Positions 34,516 through 46,139 of a stretch of DNA of 63,960 nt are shown one piece after another (position 1 is the first letter of the stretch; every line of letters begins with the position of its first letter). The stretch comes from an uncultured Christensenellaceae bacterium (lineage in GTDB: Bacteria; Bacillota; Clostridia; Christensenellales; UBA3700). The translations under genes and the position numbers were made by a program. Under the pieces are notes generated by a model. It ran no database searches. It was given only the letters and a program-made list of their open reading frames with translations, and had not been told where the DNA came from. The stretch spans positions 1 to 63,960 of the forward strand of contig CALWKV010000052.1 of NCBI GenBank assembly GCA_944381355.1, given 5' to 3'.

Positions 34516-34544
34516 TGATAAAAAACGCTATATATAGTATAATG
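34516..34544 (+). promoter_or_regulatory. candidate promoter TTGATA-17 nt-TATAAT for the hydrolase gene
   Basis: Hexamers at 34516 and 34539 with a 17-nt spacer, 48 nt upstream of the ATG. Confidence 0.5.
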
Positions 34545-34591
34545 CGAAGTATAAAGGGGAGAATGCCCCCAACATATAGTGGTGAGGATAT

Positions 34592-35524
34592 ATGAAAGAA
34601 ATAATTTTCTACGGATATAAAGATTACAAACTCAATCTCGCGGTCTGGGACGAAGTCCCCAAGCCGCGCGCCGTCGTGCAGATACTGCACGGAATGGCGG
34701 AACATATAGGCAGATACGACGCGTTTGCGCGTTTTCTCAATACGAAAGGTTTTGTAGTGCTGGGCGACGATCACCGCGGACACGGCAAGACGGCGGGAGA
34801 GAACAATCTGGGCAAAGTTCCTGACGGAGACTGCTTTTTCGACACGGTTCAGGACGAGATACTTATCACGAAGTATGCCGCCGAAACGTACAAGCTGCCC
34901 GTGATCATTTTCGGTCACAGTTACGGTTCTTTTCTCGCGCAGGCGTACATCCAAAGGAACAGTAGCGTCATAATAGGTGCAGTACTGTGCGGCAGCGCGT
35001 GTCAGAACGGCATCGACGTCAAGGCAGGCAAGCTGCTTGCGTCGGTTCAAAGCGCCGTTTACGGCAAGGACGCAGAAGCGGGCATGATACGCAAAATGTC
35101 TTTCGGCGCTTATGATGCCCAGTTTATTACAGAAAACAAGGAGTTTGCCTGGGGCAACCGCGACGATAAAGAGCGCGAAAAGTATCTTGCCGATCCTATG
35201 TGCAATTTCACGCTGTCACTCGGCTTCTATAAATCGTTCTTTGCCGCGCTCAGGAAGATATACCGCTCGAAAAACCTCAGCAATATCCGCAAGGATCTGC
35301 CCGTATTCATCATCAGCGGAGACCGCGATCCCGTGGGAGGAAACGGCAAGCTGGTCAGTAAACTTTACGAAAAGTATATCGACGCAGGACTTTCGTGCGT
35401 GTCTATGAAGCTGTATCCCGAGGCGAGGCACGAGATACTCAACGAGCTTAACAAAGAGGAAGTTTACGGCGACGTAGTGGATTTTGCGGATACATGTCTG
35501 CAGGTGTTTGAGAAAAACAAATGA
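34592..35524 (+). CDS. alpha/beta hydrolase (lysophospholipase/monoacylglycerol lipase-like)
   Basis: ILHGMAEH, nucleophile elbow GHSYGS, and C-terminal D/H region (GDRDPV ... ARHEIL). Confidence 0.8.
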   Translation: MKEIIFYGYKDYKLNLAVWDEVPKPRAVVQILHGMAEHIGRYDAFARFLNTKGFVVLGDDHRGHGKTAGENNLGKVPDGDCFFDTVQDEILITKYAAETYKLPVIIFGHSYGSFLAQAYIQRNSSVIIGAVLCGSACQNGIDVKAGKLLASVQSAVYGKDAEAGMIRKMSFGAYDAQFITENKEFAWGNRDDKEREKYLADPMCNFTLSLGFYKSFFAALRKIYRSKNLSNIRKDLPVFIISGDRDPVGGNGKLVSKLYEKYIDAGLSCVSMKLYPEARHEILNELNKEEVYGDVVDFADTCLQVFEKNK

Positions 35525-35633
35525 CGTTTTCCGCCGCTTTGCGGCGGTCCTGCGCGTTCCGAAAGGCGGAGCGCGCCGTTTTACGGCAACATTCCGTGCC
35601 GTTTCTTGCGGCAACGGGGGATAAGGAGAGAGG

Positions 35634-37592
35634 ATGAAAAATACTTACGATTCAAAAGATCTGCAAGTTCTCGAGGGGCTGGAGGCAGTCCGCGTCAGAC
35701 CGGGCATGTATATCGGCACGACGGGCAGCAAGGGTATGCACCACATTTTGTGGGAAATCGTGGACAACGGCATCGACGAAGTCGCCAACGGTTACGGCGA
35801 CCGCATCGATATCGTCATTTATCCCGACAACAGCGTCAGCGTGCGCGACAACGGCAGAGGCATACCCGTCGACATACACCCTAAGTACGGCATATCGGGC
35901 GTAGAGCTTGTATTTACGAAACTGCACGCAGGCGGCAAGTTCGACTCCAACAACTACGGTTTTTCGGGCGGTCTGCACGGCGTAGGCGCTTCTGTTACCA
36001 ACGCGCTTTCGGAGTGGCTTACGGTCAAGGTATACAAAAGCGGGACCGAGTATACGCAGGAATTTCATTCTCCCGTCGTTGACGGCAAGATAGTCAGCGG
36101 CGCACCCAAGACGGGACTTATGCAAAAGCCTTGCGACAAAAAAGAAAAGGGCACGCTTGTTCATTTTCTTCCCGATCCGCGCGTTTTCGAAGGAGAAAGA
36201 TTCTCTTACGACGTAATATCGAAAAGGATAAAAGAACTCGCTTTTCTCAACGGAGGAATGACGATCACCCTGACCGACCTCAGAGAGACGGACGAGGAGG
36301 GCAGATACAAATCCGTCACCTATTGTTATGACGGCGGTCTGCGCGATTTCGCAAAATACATCAACAGTTCCAAGGTCGTGCTTTACGACGAGCCTATATA
36401 CGTAGAACGCACAGCGAAGAATTTTATGGTAATGCTGGCAATTCAGCATACCGACGGCTACAACGAGAGCATTTTCAGCTTTGTCAACAATATACCGACG
36501 ACCGAGGGAGGCACGCACGAGACGGGCTTCAAATCGGCGTACACTAAGGTGTTCAACGACTTTGCGAGAGCGAAAAACATTCTCAAGGACAAGGATCAGA
36601 ACTTCCTCGGAGAGGATTTCAGAGAGGGAATGACCGCGATTCTCGCGATCAAGATGCAGAACGTTCAGTTCGAGGGTCAGACCAAGACGAAACTAGGCAA
36701 TCCCGAAGTCAAGACGCTTGTCGAAAACCTGCTGACCGACGCGCTCAAGGATTACCTCAACAGGGCGAAGAAAGAGGTCATTGACGCGATATACGCAAAA
36801 GCCGACGTCGCCGCAAAGGCAAGACTCAAGGCGGCGCAGGCGAAGGACATGACGAGAAAACTCAACAGCATGACCCAGTCTGCGCTGGTAGGCAAGCTGT
36901 CCAATTGCAGCGGCAAGAAAGCGGAGATGAACGAGCTTTTCATCGTCGAGGGCGACAGTGCGGGAGGCAGCGCGAAACAGGGCAGAGACAGATATTTTCA
37001 GGCGATACTGCCGCTTAAGGGCAAGCCGCTCAACGCGGAGAAAAAGCGCGTCAATCAGATCCTGGAAAACGATGAGATGGTCTCTATCATCAACGCTCTC
37101 GGCACGGGATTCTACAAGGATTTCGACATCAAAGGACTCAAGTACAACAAGGTGATAATTCTCGCCGACGCAGACCAGGACGGCGCGCACATCAGGTGCA
37201 TTCTTCTGACCTTCTTCTACCGATACATGAAAGAGCTTATCACGGACGGGCACGTCTACATCGGCATGCCGCCGCTGTACAAGATAAGCGACAAGAACGG
37301 CACGAGGTACGCCTATGACGACGACGAACTGAAAAAAATGCTAGACACCGCGGCGAGAGGGTATACGCTCCAGCGTTACAAGGGTCTGGGCGAGATGAAC
37401 CCGGAGCAGCTCTGGGAGACGACGATGAACCCCGAAACGCGCACGCTGACAAAAGTAACGATAGACGACGCGTCGGAGGCGGAAAGCCTGATTTCGATAC
37501 TTATGGGAGACAATATAGACGCGAGAAAGAGTTATATAAACGAAAACGCGAACTTCAACAAGGTCGACAGCTTCAAAGACATTGTGAGTTGA
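35634..37592 (+). CDS. type IIA topoisomerase subunit B (ParE/GyrB family)
   Basis: GLEAVRVRPGMYIG, GHKL ATPase motifs, Toprim EGDSAGG, and PLKGKPLN. Confidence 0.9.
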   Translation: MKNTYDSKDLQVLEGLEAVRVRPGMYIGTTGSKGMHHILWEIVDNGIDEVANGYGDRIDIVIYPDNSVSVRDNGRGIPVDIHPKYGISGVELVFTKLHAGGKFDSNNYGFSGGLHGVGASVTNALSEWLTVKVYKSGTEYTQEFHSPVVDGKIVSGAPKTGLMQKPCDKKEKGTLVHFLPDPRVFEGERFSYDVISKRIKELAFLNGGMTITLTDLRETDEEGRYKSVTYCYDGGLRDFAKYINSSKVVLYDEPIYVERTAKNFMVMLAIQHTDGYNESIFSFVNNIPTTEGGTHETGFKSAYTKVFNDFARAKNILKDKDQNFLGEDFREGMTAILAIKMQNVQFEGQTKTKLGNPEVKTLVENLLTDALKDYLNRAKKEVIDAIYAKADVAAKARLKAAQAKDMTRKLNSMTQSALVGKLSNCSGKKAEMNELFIVEGDSAGGSAKQGRDRYFQAILPLKGKPLNAEKKRVNQILENDEMVSIINALGTGFYKDFDIKGLKYNKVIILADADQDGAHIRCILLTFFYRYMKELITDGHVYIGMPPLYKISDKNGTRYAYDDDELKKMLDTAARGYTLQRYKGLGEMNPEQLWETTMNPETRTLTKVTIDDASEAESLISILMGDNIDARKSYINENANFNKVDSFKDIVS

Positions 37593-37611
37593 CGCAAGGG
37601 GATAGTGTGAT

Positions 37612-40062
37612 ATGGCAAAAAAGAGAAAACCGATAGAGGATAAGACCGTAATACTTGACAACGACCTCGTGGATATAATGCATCAGTCGATGATGCAGTA
37701 TTCCGAGCACGTTATACTAGACCGTGCGCTTCCCAGAGTGGAAGACGGTCTCAAGCCCGTGCAGAGGCGCATTCTTTATTCGATGAGCGAACTCGGTACA
37801 ACGCCCGACAAGCCGCACAAGAAGTCCGCGAGAATAGTCGGAGAATGTCTGGGTAAATACCATCCGCACGGCGACAGCAGCGTTTACGAAGCTATGGTTA
37901 GGCTCGCCCAGCCGTTCAACACGCGTATGATGCTCGTGGACGGACACGGCAACTTCGGCAGCGTTGACGGAGACGGCGCGGCGGCTATGCGTTATACCGA
38001 GGCGAGGCTCGCGCCGATCGCGATGGAAATGCTGAGGGATCTCGACAAAGAGACGGTCACGTTCTCGCTAAACTTCGACGACAGCCTGCAGGAACCCGAC
38101 GTGCTGCCGTGCAGATTCCCCAATCTTCTCGTCAACGGTACGACGGGTATCGCGGTCGGTCTTGCGACCAACATACCGCCGCACAACCTCGGCGAAGTCG
38201 TCAACGGCATAGTCGCCTACATCGACAACAGCCGTATAACGCTGGACGAAATGATGAAATACATACCCGCTCCCGACTTTCCGACGGGAGGCATAATAAT
38301 TGCCAATGAGGGTATACGAGAGGCTTATGCTACGGGCAAAGGCAAGATAATAATGAGGGCTAACGCGTATATAGAAAAGGACGGAGACAGAGACCTCATC
38401 GTGATCACCGAATTCCCGTATCAGATAAACAAGGCGCTTCTTCTGACCAAGATAAATCAGCTGAGAGAGGAGAGAAAGGATCGCTTCAGTTTTATACAGG
38501 AGATCACCGACGAGTCGGACAGAAGCGGCAACCGCGCCGTGATAAAACTTCGCAAGGACGCCAATGCGGAAAAGGCGCTCGCGACGCTGTTCAAGTTCAC
38601 CAATCTCGAGTGTTCGTTCGGCGTCAACATGGTAGCGATAGCGGGCGGCAAACCGAGGCAGATGGGGCTTCTCGAGATAATCGCGCATTATGTGGAGTTT
38701 CAGAGACAGGTCATATACAGGCGCAGTCAGTTCGACGTATCCGTCGCGCGCAAGCAGGAACACATTCAGCAAGGCAAACTGGTCGCGGTCAACAACATAC
38801 GCAGAGTGGTCGACATAATCCTCAATGCGCAGACCGATCAGGAAGCCAAGGAACAGATAAAAGAAGAATTCAACCTGACGGAGAGACAGGCGGTCGCGAT
38901 CCTCGAGATGAAGTTGAAAAATCTCAAGCGCGTAGACGCGAGAAAGCTCGAGGCGGAGATAGCGGAATTGCAGGAAAAGATTGCAGAACTCGATCAGATA
39001 CTGTCTTCCAAACGTCGCCAGCTCGCTATAGTGCGCAAGGAGATACTCGAGATAAAGAAGAAGTATGCGGACAAGCGTCGCACGGCGATAGTTTCGCAGG
39101 ACAACGCGGTAGTTGCAACCGTGGACGTGAACGCCAAGATCGAGCGCGCGGGCAAACTCATACTCACGCAGGCGGGCAACCTCAAATTTATGGCGCCCAA
39201 GTCATACTCGATGGCGCAGAAAAGCATCGTCAACTGCGGCGCGTCCGATCTTGTAAGAAAGGTCATGGACTGCACCAACGACTACAACCTTATAGCGTTC
39301 ACACAGAAGGGCAACGCCGTCGTATTCGACATAGATCAGCTCGGAGAGGACAAATGGAAATCGCGCGGTACCGCGATAGGTAAGATTGCGCGCGCCGACA
39401 GCGACGAAAAGGCGATAGCGGTATTCACTCCCGCCGAGCTTGAGGGCAAAGAACTGTATTTCTATACGAAGCAGGGCATGGTCAAAAAGACGGAGGCAAA
39501 GGAGTATTCTCTCGACAAAAAGACGGTTTCTCCGTCTATCGTGCTGAAAGAAGGAGACGAATTAACGGGAGTGGAAATAGTCGATCCCGAGGACGAATAC
39601 ATACTCTTTGTCACCAAAAAAGGCATGGTGCTCAACGCAGAGGCGGACATTCCTTGTCAGGGCAAGAAGGCGAGCGGCGTAAAAGGCATACAGCTTGCCG
39701 ACGGCGACGAAGTTCTCTTTGCCGCTCAGCATGACTGCGAGGGCGAGATCGTCGTCGTTACGGACGTTGGTTTTGCCAAACGAGTAGTGATATCTTCAAT
39801 CGAACCTATGAAACGTTATCGCAAGGGCGTGACGCTCAACGACGACAAAAAGACGGGAAGTATCGTGTTCGTGGACACAGTCACGATGCCGTATGACTTC
39901 GCGTTGCAGCTTGTGGACGGTGAGTGTCTGTCCGTAAATACCGACGATATTGATATTACCGACCGCACCAACAAGGGCAAAAACGTGCTCAAAGAGGCGT
40001 GCAGAAAGGGCGGCAGCAACCTCAGCATGGTTATTGCCGATTGCAAACGCCACAATATCTGA
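37612..40062 (+). CDS. type IIA topoisomerase subunit A, ParC-like (no GyrA box)
   Basis: [12 protein letters not shown], active-site [10 protein letters not shown]. The C-terminal domain lacks a QRRGGKG-type GyrA box. Confidence 0.85.
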   Translation: MAKKRKPIEDKTVILDNDLVDIMHQSMMQYSEHVILDRALPRVEDGLKPVQRRILYSMSELGTTPDKPHKKSARIVGECLGKYHPHGDSSVYEAMVRLAQPFNTRMMLVDGHGNFGSVDGDGAAAMRYTEARLAPIAMEMLRDLDKETVTFSLNFDDSLQEPDVLPCRFPNLLVNGTTGIAVGLATNIPPHNLGEVVNGIVAYIDNSRITLDEMMKYIPAPDFPTGGIIIANEGIREAYATGKGKIIMRANAYIEKDGDRDLIVITEFPYQINKALLLTKINQLREERKDRFSFIQEITDESDRSGNRAVIKLRKDANAEKALATLFKFTNLECSFGVNMVAIAGGKPRQMGLLEIIAHYVEFQRQVIYRRSQFDVSVARKQEHIQQGKLVAVNNIRRVVDIILNAQTDQEAKEQIKEEFNLTERQAVAILEMKLKNLKRVDARKLEAEIAELQEKIAELDQILSSKRRQLAIVRKEILEIKKKYADKRRTAIVSQDNAVVATVDVNAKIERAGKLILTQAGNLKFMAPKSYSMAQKSIVNCGASDLVRKVMDCTNDYNLIAFTQKGNAVVFDIDQLGEDKWKSRGTAIGKIARADSDEKAIAVFTPAELEGKELYFYTKQGMVKKTEAKEYSLDKKTVSPSIVLKEGDELTGVEIVDPEDEYILFVTKKGMVLNAEADIPCQGKKASGVKGIQLADGDEVLFAAQHDCEGEIVVVTDVGFAKRVVISSIEPMKRYRKGVTLNDDKKTGSIVFVDTVTMPYDFALQLVDGECLSVNTDDIDITDRTNKGKNVLKEACRKGGSNLSMVIADCKRHNI

Positions 40063-40120
40063 CGATCGTACGCACTGCGGTCGCAGAAGTTGGCGACACG
40101 TTTAAAATCCGACAAAGAAC

Positions 40121-40151
40121 AGAGACCCTCGGCGGAGGGTCTCTCTTTGTT
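40121..40151 (+). terminator. intrinsic terminator after the topoisomerase A-subunit gene
   Basis: AGAGACCCTC-GGCG-GAGGGTCTCT followed by CTTTGTT. Confidence 0.65.
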
Positions 40152-40159
40152 GCAGACAT

Positions 40160-40184
40160 AAAAAATCCCCGGACTTGCCGGGGA
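40160..40184 (-). terminator. intrinsic terminator after the Na/Pi cotransporter gene
   Basis: On the minus strand, TCCCCGG-CAAGT-CCGGGGA followed by T6. Confidence 0.7.
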
Positions 40185-40193
40185 AATCATATT

Positions 40194-41867
40194 TCAGGCT
40201 TTTGCCACGTTTGCTTTGACTTTGGTCGGCGGTTCTACGTAATAGCTCATACTGTTGTAGACGTTGCGGAAGTGGTCTGCGATCCTTTCGAGATCGTTGA
40301 TAAGGTTAAGCCATACCGCGCCTGCGTCGGGAGTGCAGAGGTTGTCGCGCAGTCTTAGGATATGCGAGCTGTCGAGCGAGCGTTTGTATTCGTCGACGCT
40401 GTCCTCGAGAGCTTCCATTTCGTCTTTCTGTGAGACGTCCTTATTGATATAACCCGTCATTACCACGTCGTACAGCTTGTCGATCGCGCTTTTCATTTCT
40501 GCGAGTTCGCGCTTTGCGGCTTCGGAGAAAGAAACGTTGGTTTTGACAAGTTTTTCGGTATATTCCATGATGTTTTCAGAATAGTCACCCACGCGCTCGA
40601 GGTCAGAAATTACGTGGTAATAAGAGCTGAGTTCGCGTTCTGTCTGTTTGGATATCGGTGCCGACGAAACCTTGGTGAGGTAGTTGGTCAATTCCTTGTT
40701 CAGGAAGTTGAGGTGTCTTTCGCGTGCATCGAACTTTGCCTTTTTGTCGAGAGAATTTATCGTGACGGCGTAGACCGAAGTGTCGAAATTCTTTTTAGCG
40801 ATACTTGCCATCAGCAGAATTTCTTTGCGGACCTGCGCCAGCGCGATCGTAGGCGTAGCGAGCAGGCGTTCGTCGACGTACTGGAACTTGTCCTCTACGA
40901 AACCGTCCTCATTTGGAGCAGGTTTTTTGTCTCGTATAACGAGGCATGCGAGCTGGGTAAGTTGCTTTATAAACGGCACGAGAAGTATCGTGGTCGTCAC
41001 GTTGAATATAGTGTGGAACATGGCTATCTGGGTTTCGATTTCTGAGAATGCAGTCTGAAGCCATCTGTCGATCGGCAGAACCAATGCCAGTATGAAAAAG
41101 ACCACAGAGCCTATGCAGTTGAACATGAGATGAATGAACGACGCGCGCTTGCCGTTGGGAGCCGCGCCGATCGATGCGAACATCGCGGTTACGCAAGTGC
41201 CGATGTTGATACCCAGCGTGATGAAGATCGCGTTTTTGAGAGTCATGAGTCCCGCGCCTGCCATGGTAATAAGGATTATCGTAGTCGCGGACGAGCTTTG
41301 CACGATTGCCGTGACGGTAAGACCTATCAGCAGAAGAAGCACGGGGTTGCTTATCGTCGACATAACCTTTTCTATCACGGGTGAACCGCTGAAACTTTGC
41401 ATCGATCCGCTCATTACCTGCAGACCCACGAATATCATGCCCACGCTGCCGATGATGCAGCCCCAGAGGTTGACTTTGTCGTGTTTGGACATCTGCATGA
41501 ATGCGCCGACGCATGCGAGAGCGGCAAAAAACGCCGTTATCGGCAGGGATTGCAGAGCGCCTATCTGCGCGGTGATCGTCGTGCCTATGTTTGCGCCCAT
41601 GATTATCGAAGTCGCTTGCGCTAGCGTCATAACGCCCGCGTTGACGAAGCCGACGACCATGACCGTGGTTGCAGACGAACTCTGAATTATCATTGTCACG
41701 CCCGTACCGACGGCGATACCTGCAAATCTGTTGCTGCTGATCTTGTTGAATACCGATCTGAGTCGGTTGCCTGCGACGGACTCGAGGTTTTCGCTCATGA
41801 TTTTCAGCGCAATCAGAAATACGCCGAGACCGCCCAAAAGAGTAAGAATTGTTTCAAAAACTTCCAT
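40194..41867 (-). CDS. Na/Pi cotransporter family protein with C-terminal PhoU-like domain
   Basis: 557 aa with duplicated Na_Pi_cotrans motifs (QSSSATT ... GANIGTT twice) and PhoU-like helices at the C-terminus. Confidence 0.85.
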   Translation of the reverse strand: MEVFETILTLLGGLGVFLIALKIMSENLESVAGNRLRSVFNKISSNRFAGIAVGTGVTMIIQSSSATTVMVVGFVNAGVMTLAQATSIIMGANIGTTITAQIGALQSLPITAFFAALACVGAFMQMSKHDKVNLWGCIIGSVGMIFVGLQVMSGSMQSFSGSPVIEKVMSTISNPVLLLLIGLTVTAIVQSSSATTIILITMAGAGLMTLKNAIFITLGINIGTCVTAMFASIGAAPNGKRASFIHLMFNCIGSVVFFILALVLPIDRWLQTAFSEIETQIAMFHTIFNVTTTILLVPFIKQLTQLACLVIRDKKPAPNEDGFVEDKFQYVDERLLATPTIALAQVRKEILLMASIAKKNFDTSVYAVTINSLDKKAKFDARERHLNFLNKELTNYLTKVSSAPISKQTERELSSYYHVISDLERVGDYSENIMEYTEKLVKTNVSFSEAAKRELAEMKSAIDKLYDVVMTGYINKDVSQKDEMEALEDSVDEYKRSLDSSHILRLRDNLCTPDAGAVWLNLINDLERIADHFRNVYNSMSYYVEPPTKVKANVAKA

Positions 41868-42258
41868 TTTTCCGTGTACGGCATAGCCCGTACGCTGTCA
41901 GAACCGCCGTTGAAGCGGAGTGGCGGGAAGGGGTCTCCCGCAGTTGTTACCATTTCCATATATAACAAAAAATGCCGTCAAAGTCAAACGAAAATATAGA
42001 CAATCAAGCAATTTTATTGTATAATATCGTCGTGCTGTAAATATGATTTTTTACTTGATGCGCGCGTTTATACTTGTGCGCGCACAGTCAATAATCATAA
42101 TGAACTCAGGAGTGCCGCCGTACACGGTAAATTGTTTGTAAAAACTCCTTGTAAGAAGTCGGATGATATTTACAAAACGGCTTATGCGTAATAACATTAT
42201 ATCCGTAAGGGTACGTGCTGGTACGGCGTTTATCAAAAAAATGTCTTAAGGTAGAAAT

Positions 42259-44802
42259 ATGCAGACTTTGATATTGCTTGATTCCAATTCGCTCATCAAC
42301 AGGGCTTTTTACGCGCTTCCTCCGCTTACCAACAGAAAAGGTCAGCAGACGGGCGCTATTTTCGGGTTCGTGAATATGTTTCTCAAGCTCGTTGACAATT
42401 ACAACCCCGATTTCGTTGTCGCCGCTTTCGACCGCAAAGCTCCTACTTTCAGAAAAAAGATGTATGAAGGTTACAAGGCGACCAGAAAGCCCATGCCCGA
42501 AGAACTCGCGAGTCAGCTCGAGCCGCTCAAGCGCCTCTTGCGCGCTATGGGCGTTCAGATCGCAGAAATCGACGGTTACGAGGCGGACGACTTGCTGGGC
42601 ACTCTCGCAAAAAGGAGCGCGTGCAGGACGTATATCGTCACGGGAGACCGCGACAGTCTGCAACTCATAGACGGCAAGACGACCGTGCTTATGACGAAAA
42701 AGGGTATATCGGAGATCGTAGAGTATGACGAGGCGCGCCTGAGAGAGGACGGTTTTGCTCCGTCGCAGATCATCGACCTCAAAGCGCTGATGGGCGACAG
42801 CTCGGACAATATTCCCGGCGTGGCAGGAGTTGGCGAGGGCACGGCAACGAAACTTCTCGCACAATACGGCACGCTCGACGGCGTTTACGAACACCTCGAC
42901 GAGACCAAAGGAGCGCTCAACCGCAAGCTGACGGAGGGAAAAGAAAGCGCTTATCTTTCGTACAAACTCGCGACGATAGACCGCGACTGCCCGATAGACG
43001 TCGACCCCGAAGCCAAGCCTTTTTCACGCGAATACGATCCCGAGGTCAGAGATATACTTCTCGAATTCGAGTTCGGCAAGACGGCGGACAGGCTGACCTA
43101 CAGGGACGGCAAAGCGAAAGAGATCGCGCCTGTCGCGGAAGCGGTCAGGCTTGAAGATACCGACACGCTTCTCGGCGCGCTTAAAGAAACGGAAAAAAGC
43201 GGGATATTCGCATTCGATTTATCCTCGAGGATATTTATCGGCGGCAGCGGCGCGACCTACGAAGTCGTCATATCGGAAAATCTTCTCGGAGATGGGATAG
43301 ATTACAACGAATTTCTGCGCGCGGCAAAACGTGTGCTCGAAAATGCGGACGTGCGCAAGATATGTTTTGACAAAAAGACCTGCATGCATATTTTCGACCC
43401 GTACGGTATAGAGATAAAGGGGATATGCGACGACGTTCTGCTCAAAGCGTATCTGTGCGACAGCAACCGCAATTACAAGTCCCTTGCCGCACTCGCTTCT
43501 GCATACGGCATAAATACAGAGGACGCGGCGGCGGCTCTTATCGCACTCGACGCCGTTCTCGATGCAGAGATGAAAGAAAAAGAGCAGGAAAAACTCTATT
43601 CTCAACTCGAGCTTCCGCTTGTCGACGTGCTTTTCTCTATGGAAAAGGAGGGTTTCAGGGTAGACCGTGCGTATCTTGAAAAGTTAAATGCGGAACTGAC
43701 TTCGGAGATCGACAAACTCGCCGCCGAAATAACCGGACTCGCGGGCGAGCCTTTCAATATAAATTCCACCCAGCAACTCGCGAGGATATTGTTCGAAAAG
43801 CTCGGATTAAAGCACGGCAAAAAGACCAAGACGGGTTATTCCACCAACGTGGAAGTGCTGGAAACGTTAAAAAACGAGCATCCGATAATCCCCGCGGTGC
43901 TTCAGTACAGAGAACTCGGAAAACTCAAGTCCACTTATCTGGACGGCATGCTCCCGCTTATCGACAAGAACGGCAGGATACACACCGTATTCAAGCAGGC
44001 GGTCACCTCTACGGGCAGACTCTCGTCGACAGAGCCTAATCTGCAGAACATACCCATACGCAAGGAGAGCGGCAAGAGGATCCGCAAAATGTTCGTGCCT
44101 GCGGACGGCAACGTCCTCGTGTGCGGCGACTACTCGCAGATCGAACTCAGACTCATGGCGCACATGAGCGGCGACGAGGGCATGATCGAGGCGTTCAACG
44201 AGGGCGAAGATTTTCACCGTTCCACAGCGGCAAAACTTTTCGGCGTGCCTTTTTCAGAGGTTACGCAGGATATGAGAAGAAGCGCAAAAGCCGTCAATTT
44301 CGGGATAATTTACGGCATCAGCGACTACGGGCTCAGCGCCGATCTCGGCATAAGCGTGCCGCAGGCGAGACGATATATGCAGAACTATTTCGAGACCTAT
44401 CCCAAGGTCAGACAGTTTATGCAGGACTGCGTCGCGTACGCAAAGGCGAACGGCTACGTCAAAACGCTGTACGGCAGAAAGAGGTATATCCCCGAGCTTC
44501 AGGCTTCGGTATACGCGACCCGCGCTTTCGGCGAACGAGTGGCGATGAATATGCCGCTTCAGGGTACGGCGAGCGACATTATAAAAGCCGCGATGATCGC
44601 CGTCGACAAACAACTCAAAGAAAAAGGACTCAAAGCAAAACTGATAATGCAGGTGCATGACGAACTTATCGTTGACTGTCCCGTCGGGGAAAGGGAGCAG
44701 GTCGAAGAATTGTTGAAAAATTGTATGCAGAACGTAGCGGCTCTCGACGTGCCGCTCATAGCGGACGTGGGCAGCGGAGACAACTGGCTGGACGCTAAAT
44801 AA
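42259..44802 (+). CDS. polA: DNA polymerase I
   Basis: 5'-nuclease domain, motif A DYSQIELR, motif B RRSAKAVNFGIIYG, motif C QVHDEL. Confidence 0.95.
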   Translation: MQTLILLDSNSLINRAFYALPPLTNRKGQQTGAIFGFVNMFLKLVDNYNPDFVVAAFDRKAPTFRKKMYEGYKATRKPMPEELASQLEPLKRLLRAMGVQIAEIDGYEADDLLGTLAKRSACRTYIVTGDRDSLQLIDGKTTVLMTKKGISEIVEYDEARLREDGFAPSQIIDLKALMGDSSDNIPGVAGVGEGTATKLLAQYGTLDGVYEHLDETKGALNRKLTEGKESAYLSYKLATIDRDCPIDVDPEAKPFSREYDPEVRDILLEFEFGKTADRLTYRDGKAKEIAPVAEAVRLEDTDTLLGALKETEKSGIFAFDLSSRIFIGGSGATYEVVISENLLGDGIDYNEFLRAAKRVLENADVRKICFDKKTCMHIFDPYGIEIKGICDDVLLKAYLCDSNRNYKSLAALASAYGINTEDAAAALIALDAVLDAEMKEKEQEKLYSQLELPLVDVLFSMEKEGFRVDRAYLEKLNAELTSEIDKLAAEITGLAGEPFNINSTQQLARILFEKLGLKHGKKTKTGYSTNVEVLETLKNEHPIIPAVLQYRELGKLKSTYLDGMLPLIDKNGRIHTVFKQAVTSTGRLSSTEPNLQNIPIRKESGKRIRKMFVPADGNVLVCGDYSQIELRLMAHMSGDEGMIEAFNEGEDFHRSTAAKLFGVPFSEVTQDMRRSAKAVNFGIIYGISDYGLSADLGISVPQARRYMQNYFETYPKVRQFMQDCVAYAKANGYVKTLYGRKRYIPELQASVYATRAFGERVAMNMPLQGTASDIIKAAMIAVDKQLKEKGLKAKLIMQVHDELIVDCPVGEREQVEELLKNCMQNVAALDVPLIADVGSGDNWLDAK

Positions 44803-44838
44803 AATACGCCGCGGCGCGGAGAGCGCAAGGAGGCAGGT

Positions 44839-45402
44839 ATGAAAATTGCAGTTATCGGAGGAGTGGGCAGCGGCAAAAGCACCGTGCTGTCGATGTTGAG
44901 AAACGCAGGAGAAGAAGTCGTCGACTGCGACGCCGTCTATCGCGAAGTAAAAAAGGACGCGCATTACAAAAAGGAACTTGTCGAAGAATTCGGCGACGTG
45001 ATTACGGACGGAGAGATCGACAACAACAAAGTCGCGGCGATCGTCCTCGGCGACAAGGAAAAACTAAGCAGACTCAATGCTCTGGCGCATCCTTACGTGA
45101 AAAGGGATCTGGACAAAAAGTGCGACGGAAAAAAACGCGTTTTCGTCGAGGTGCAGGTTTTTGAAAACGGGCTTCTTGCGGATTATTTCGACAAGGTATG
45201 GCTTGTCGTCGGAGACAGGCAGACGAGGCTTAGCAGAGTAGTCGCGCGCGACGATTGCGACACAGAGCGCGTCGAAAGGATAATGGCGGCGCAACCGAGA
45301 GACGAGGACAGAAAAAAGGCAGGATACACGATCATAGTCAACGACGGCTCTTTCAGAGAACTTCAGGAAACGGTCAACAAAAAACTCAAAGAACTCGGCT
45401 GA
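44839..45402 (+). CDS. coaE: dephospho-CoA kinase
   Basis: P-loop IGGVGSGKST, 187 aa, in the canonical position after polA. Confidence 0.85.
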   Translation: MKIAVIGGVGSGKSTVLSMLRNAGEEVVDCDAVYREVKKDAHYKKELVEEFGDVITDGEIDNNKVAAIVLGDKEKLSRLNALAHPYVKRDLDKKCDGKKRVFVEVQVFENGLLADYFDKVWLVVGDRQTRLSRVVARDDCDTERVERIMAAQPRDEDRKKAGYTIIVNDGSFRELQETVNKKLKELG

Positions 45403-45458
45403 ACGGCTTATGCTGCGTCGGTCTGCTCGTGTCAGAGAGGAACAATCGATAGGAACTT

Positions 45459-45481
45459 ACGCGGGAAATTCCCGCGTTTTT
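45459..45481 (+). terminator. intrinsic terminator after coaE
   Basis: CGCGGGA-AAT-TCCCGCG followed by T5. Confidence 0.7.
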
Positions 45482-45533
45482 GTTTGCCGTCAAACGGTTG
45501 TCAAAAGCGCGCGCATACTTTATAATAAAATAT

Positions 45534-46139
45534 ATGTTCTATTGTATCACGGGAAAAGTTATCCATTACGAAGAAGGAAAACTCGTCGTGCAGGCGGGCG
45601 GCGTCGGTTATGAGCTGCTCGTGTCCAACAACGCGCTGATAAGGCTCGGCAAGACCGGTCTCGAGTGCACTGTTTATACAGAACTCAGCGTGACGCAGGA
45701 CGACGTGCGCCTTTTCGGTTTTTACAGCAAAGAAGAAAAGAATATGTTCCGCAAACTCACTTCGGTCAGCGGCGTGGGCGGCAAAATGGCGCTTCAGATA
45801 TTGTCGTCGGCGGACGTCAGTATGCTTGCCGTTGCGATCGTCAGCGGCGATACCGCGACGATATCCAAGGTAAAAGGCATAGGCAAAAAGACCGCAGAAC
45901 GCATTATTCTGGAGCTTAAAGAACAGGTGAGCGACGCGGTCGCGGCAAGCGGCGCGGTCGCTGACATACCCGTGCTGAGTGAGGAAAAGCAGGGCGGCGT
46001 TGCGGCTGACGCGATCGCTGCATTGATCTCTCTCGGCATTTCCAAGACGGACGCTTATTCCGCCGTAGCGGCGGCAATGAAAAAGACGGACAAGCTCGAG
46101 CAGATAATCACGCTCGCGCTGAGGAGTTTTGACAGATGA
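45534..46139 (+). CDS. ruvA: Holliday junction branch migration complex subunit RuvA
   Basis: MFYCITGKV...GGVGYEL start and HhH motifs ([25 protein letters not shown]). Confidence 0.9.
   Translation: MFYCITGKVIHYEEGKLVVQAGGVGYELLVSNNALIRLGKTGLECTVYTELSVTQDDVRLFGFYSKEEKNMFRKLTSVSGVGGKMALQILSSADVSMLAVAIVSGDTATISKVKGIGKKTAERIILELKEQVSDAVAASGAVADIPVLSEEKQGGVAADAIAALISLGISKTDAYSAVAAAMKKTDKLEQIITLALRSFDR

Noticed and set aside
41868-41960. Riboswitch in the 5' leader of the Na/Pi cotransporter gene (minus strand)
   Set aside because: There are GC-rich hairpins and an ACACGG string, but no match to any aptamer consensus I can recall. The evidence is insufficient.
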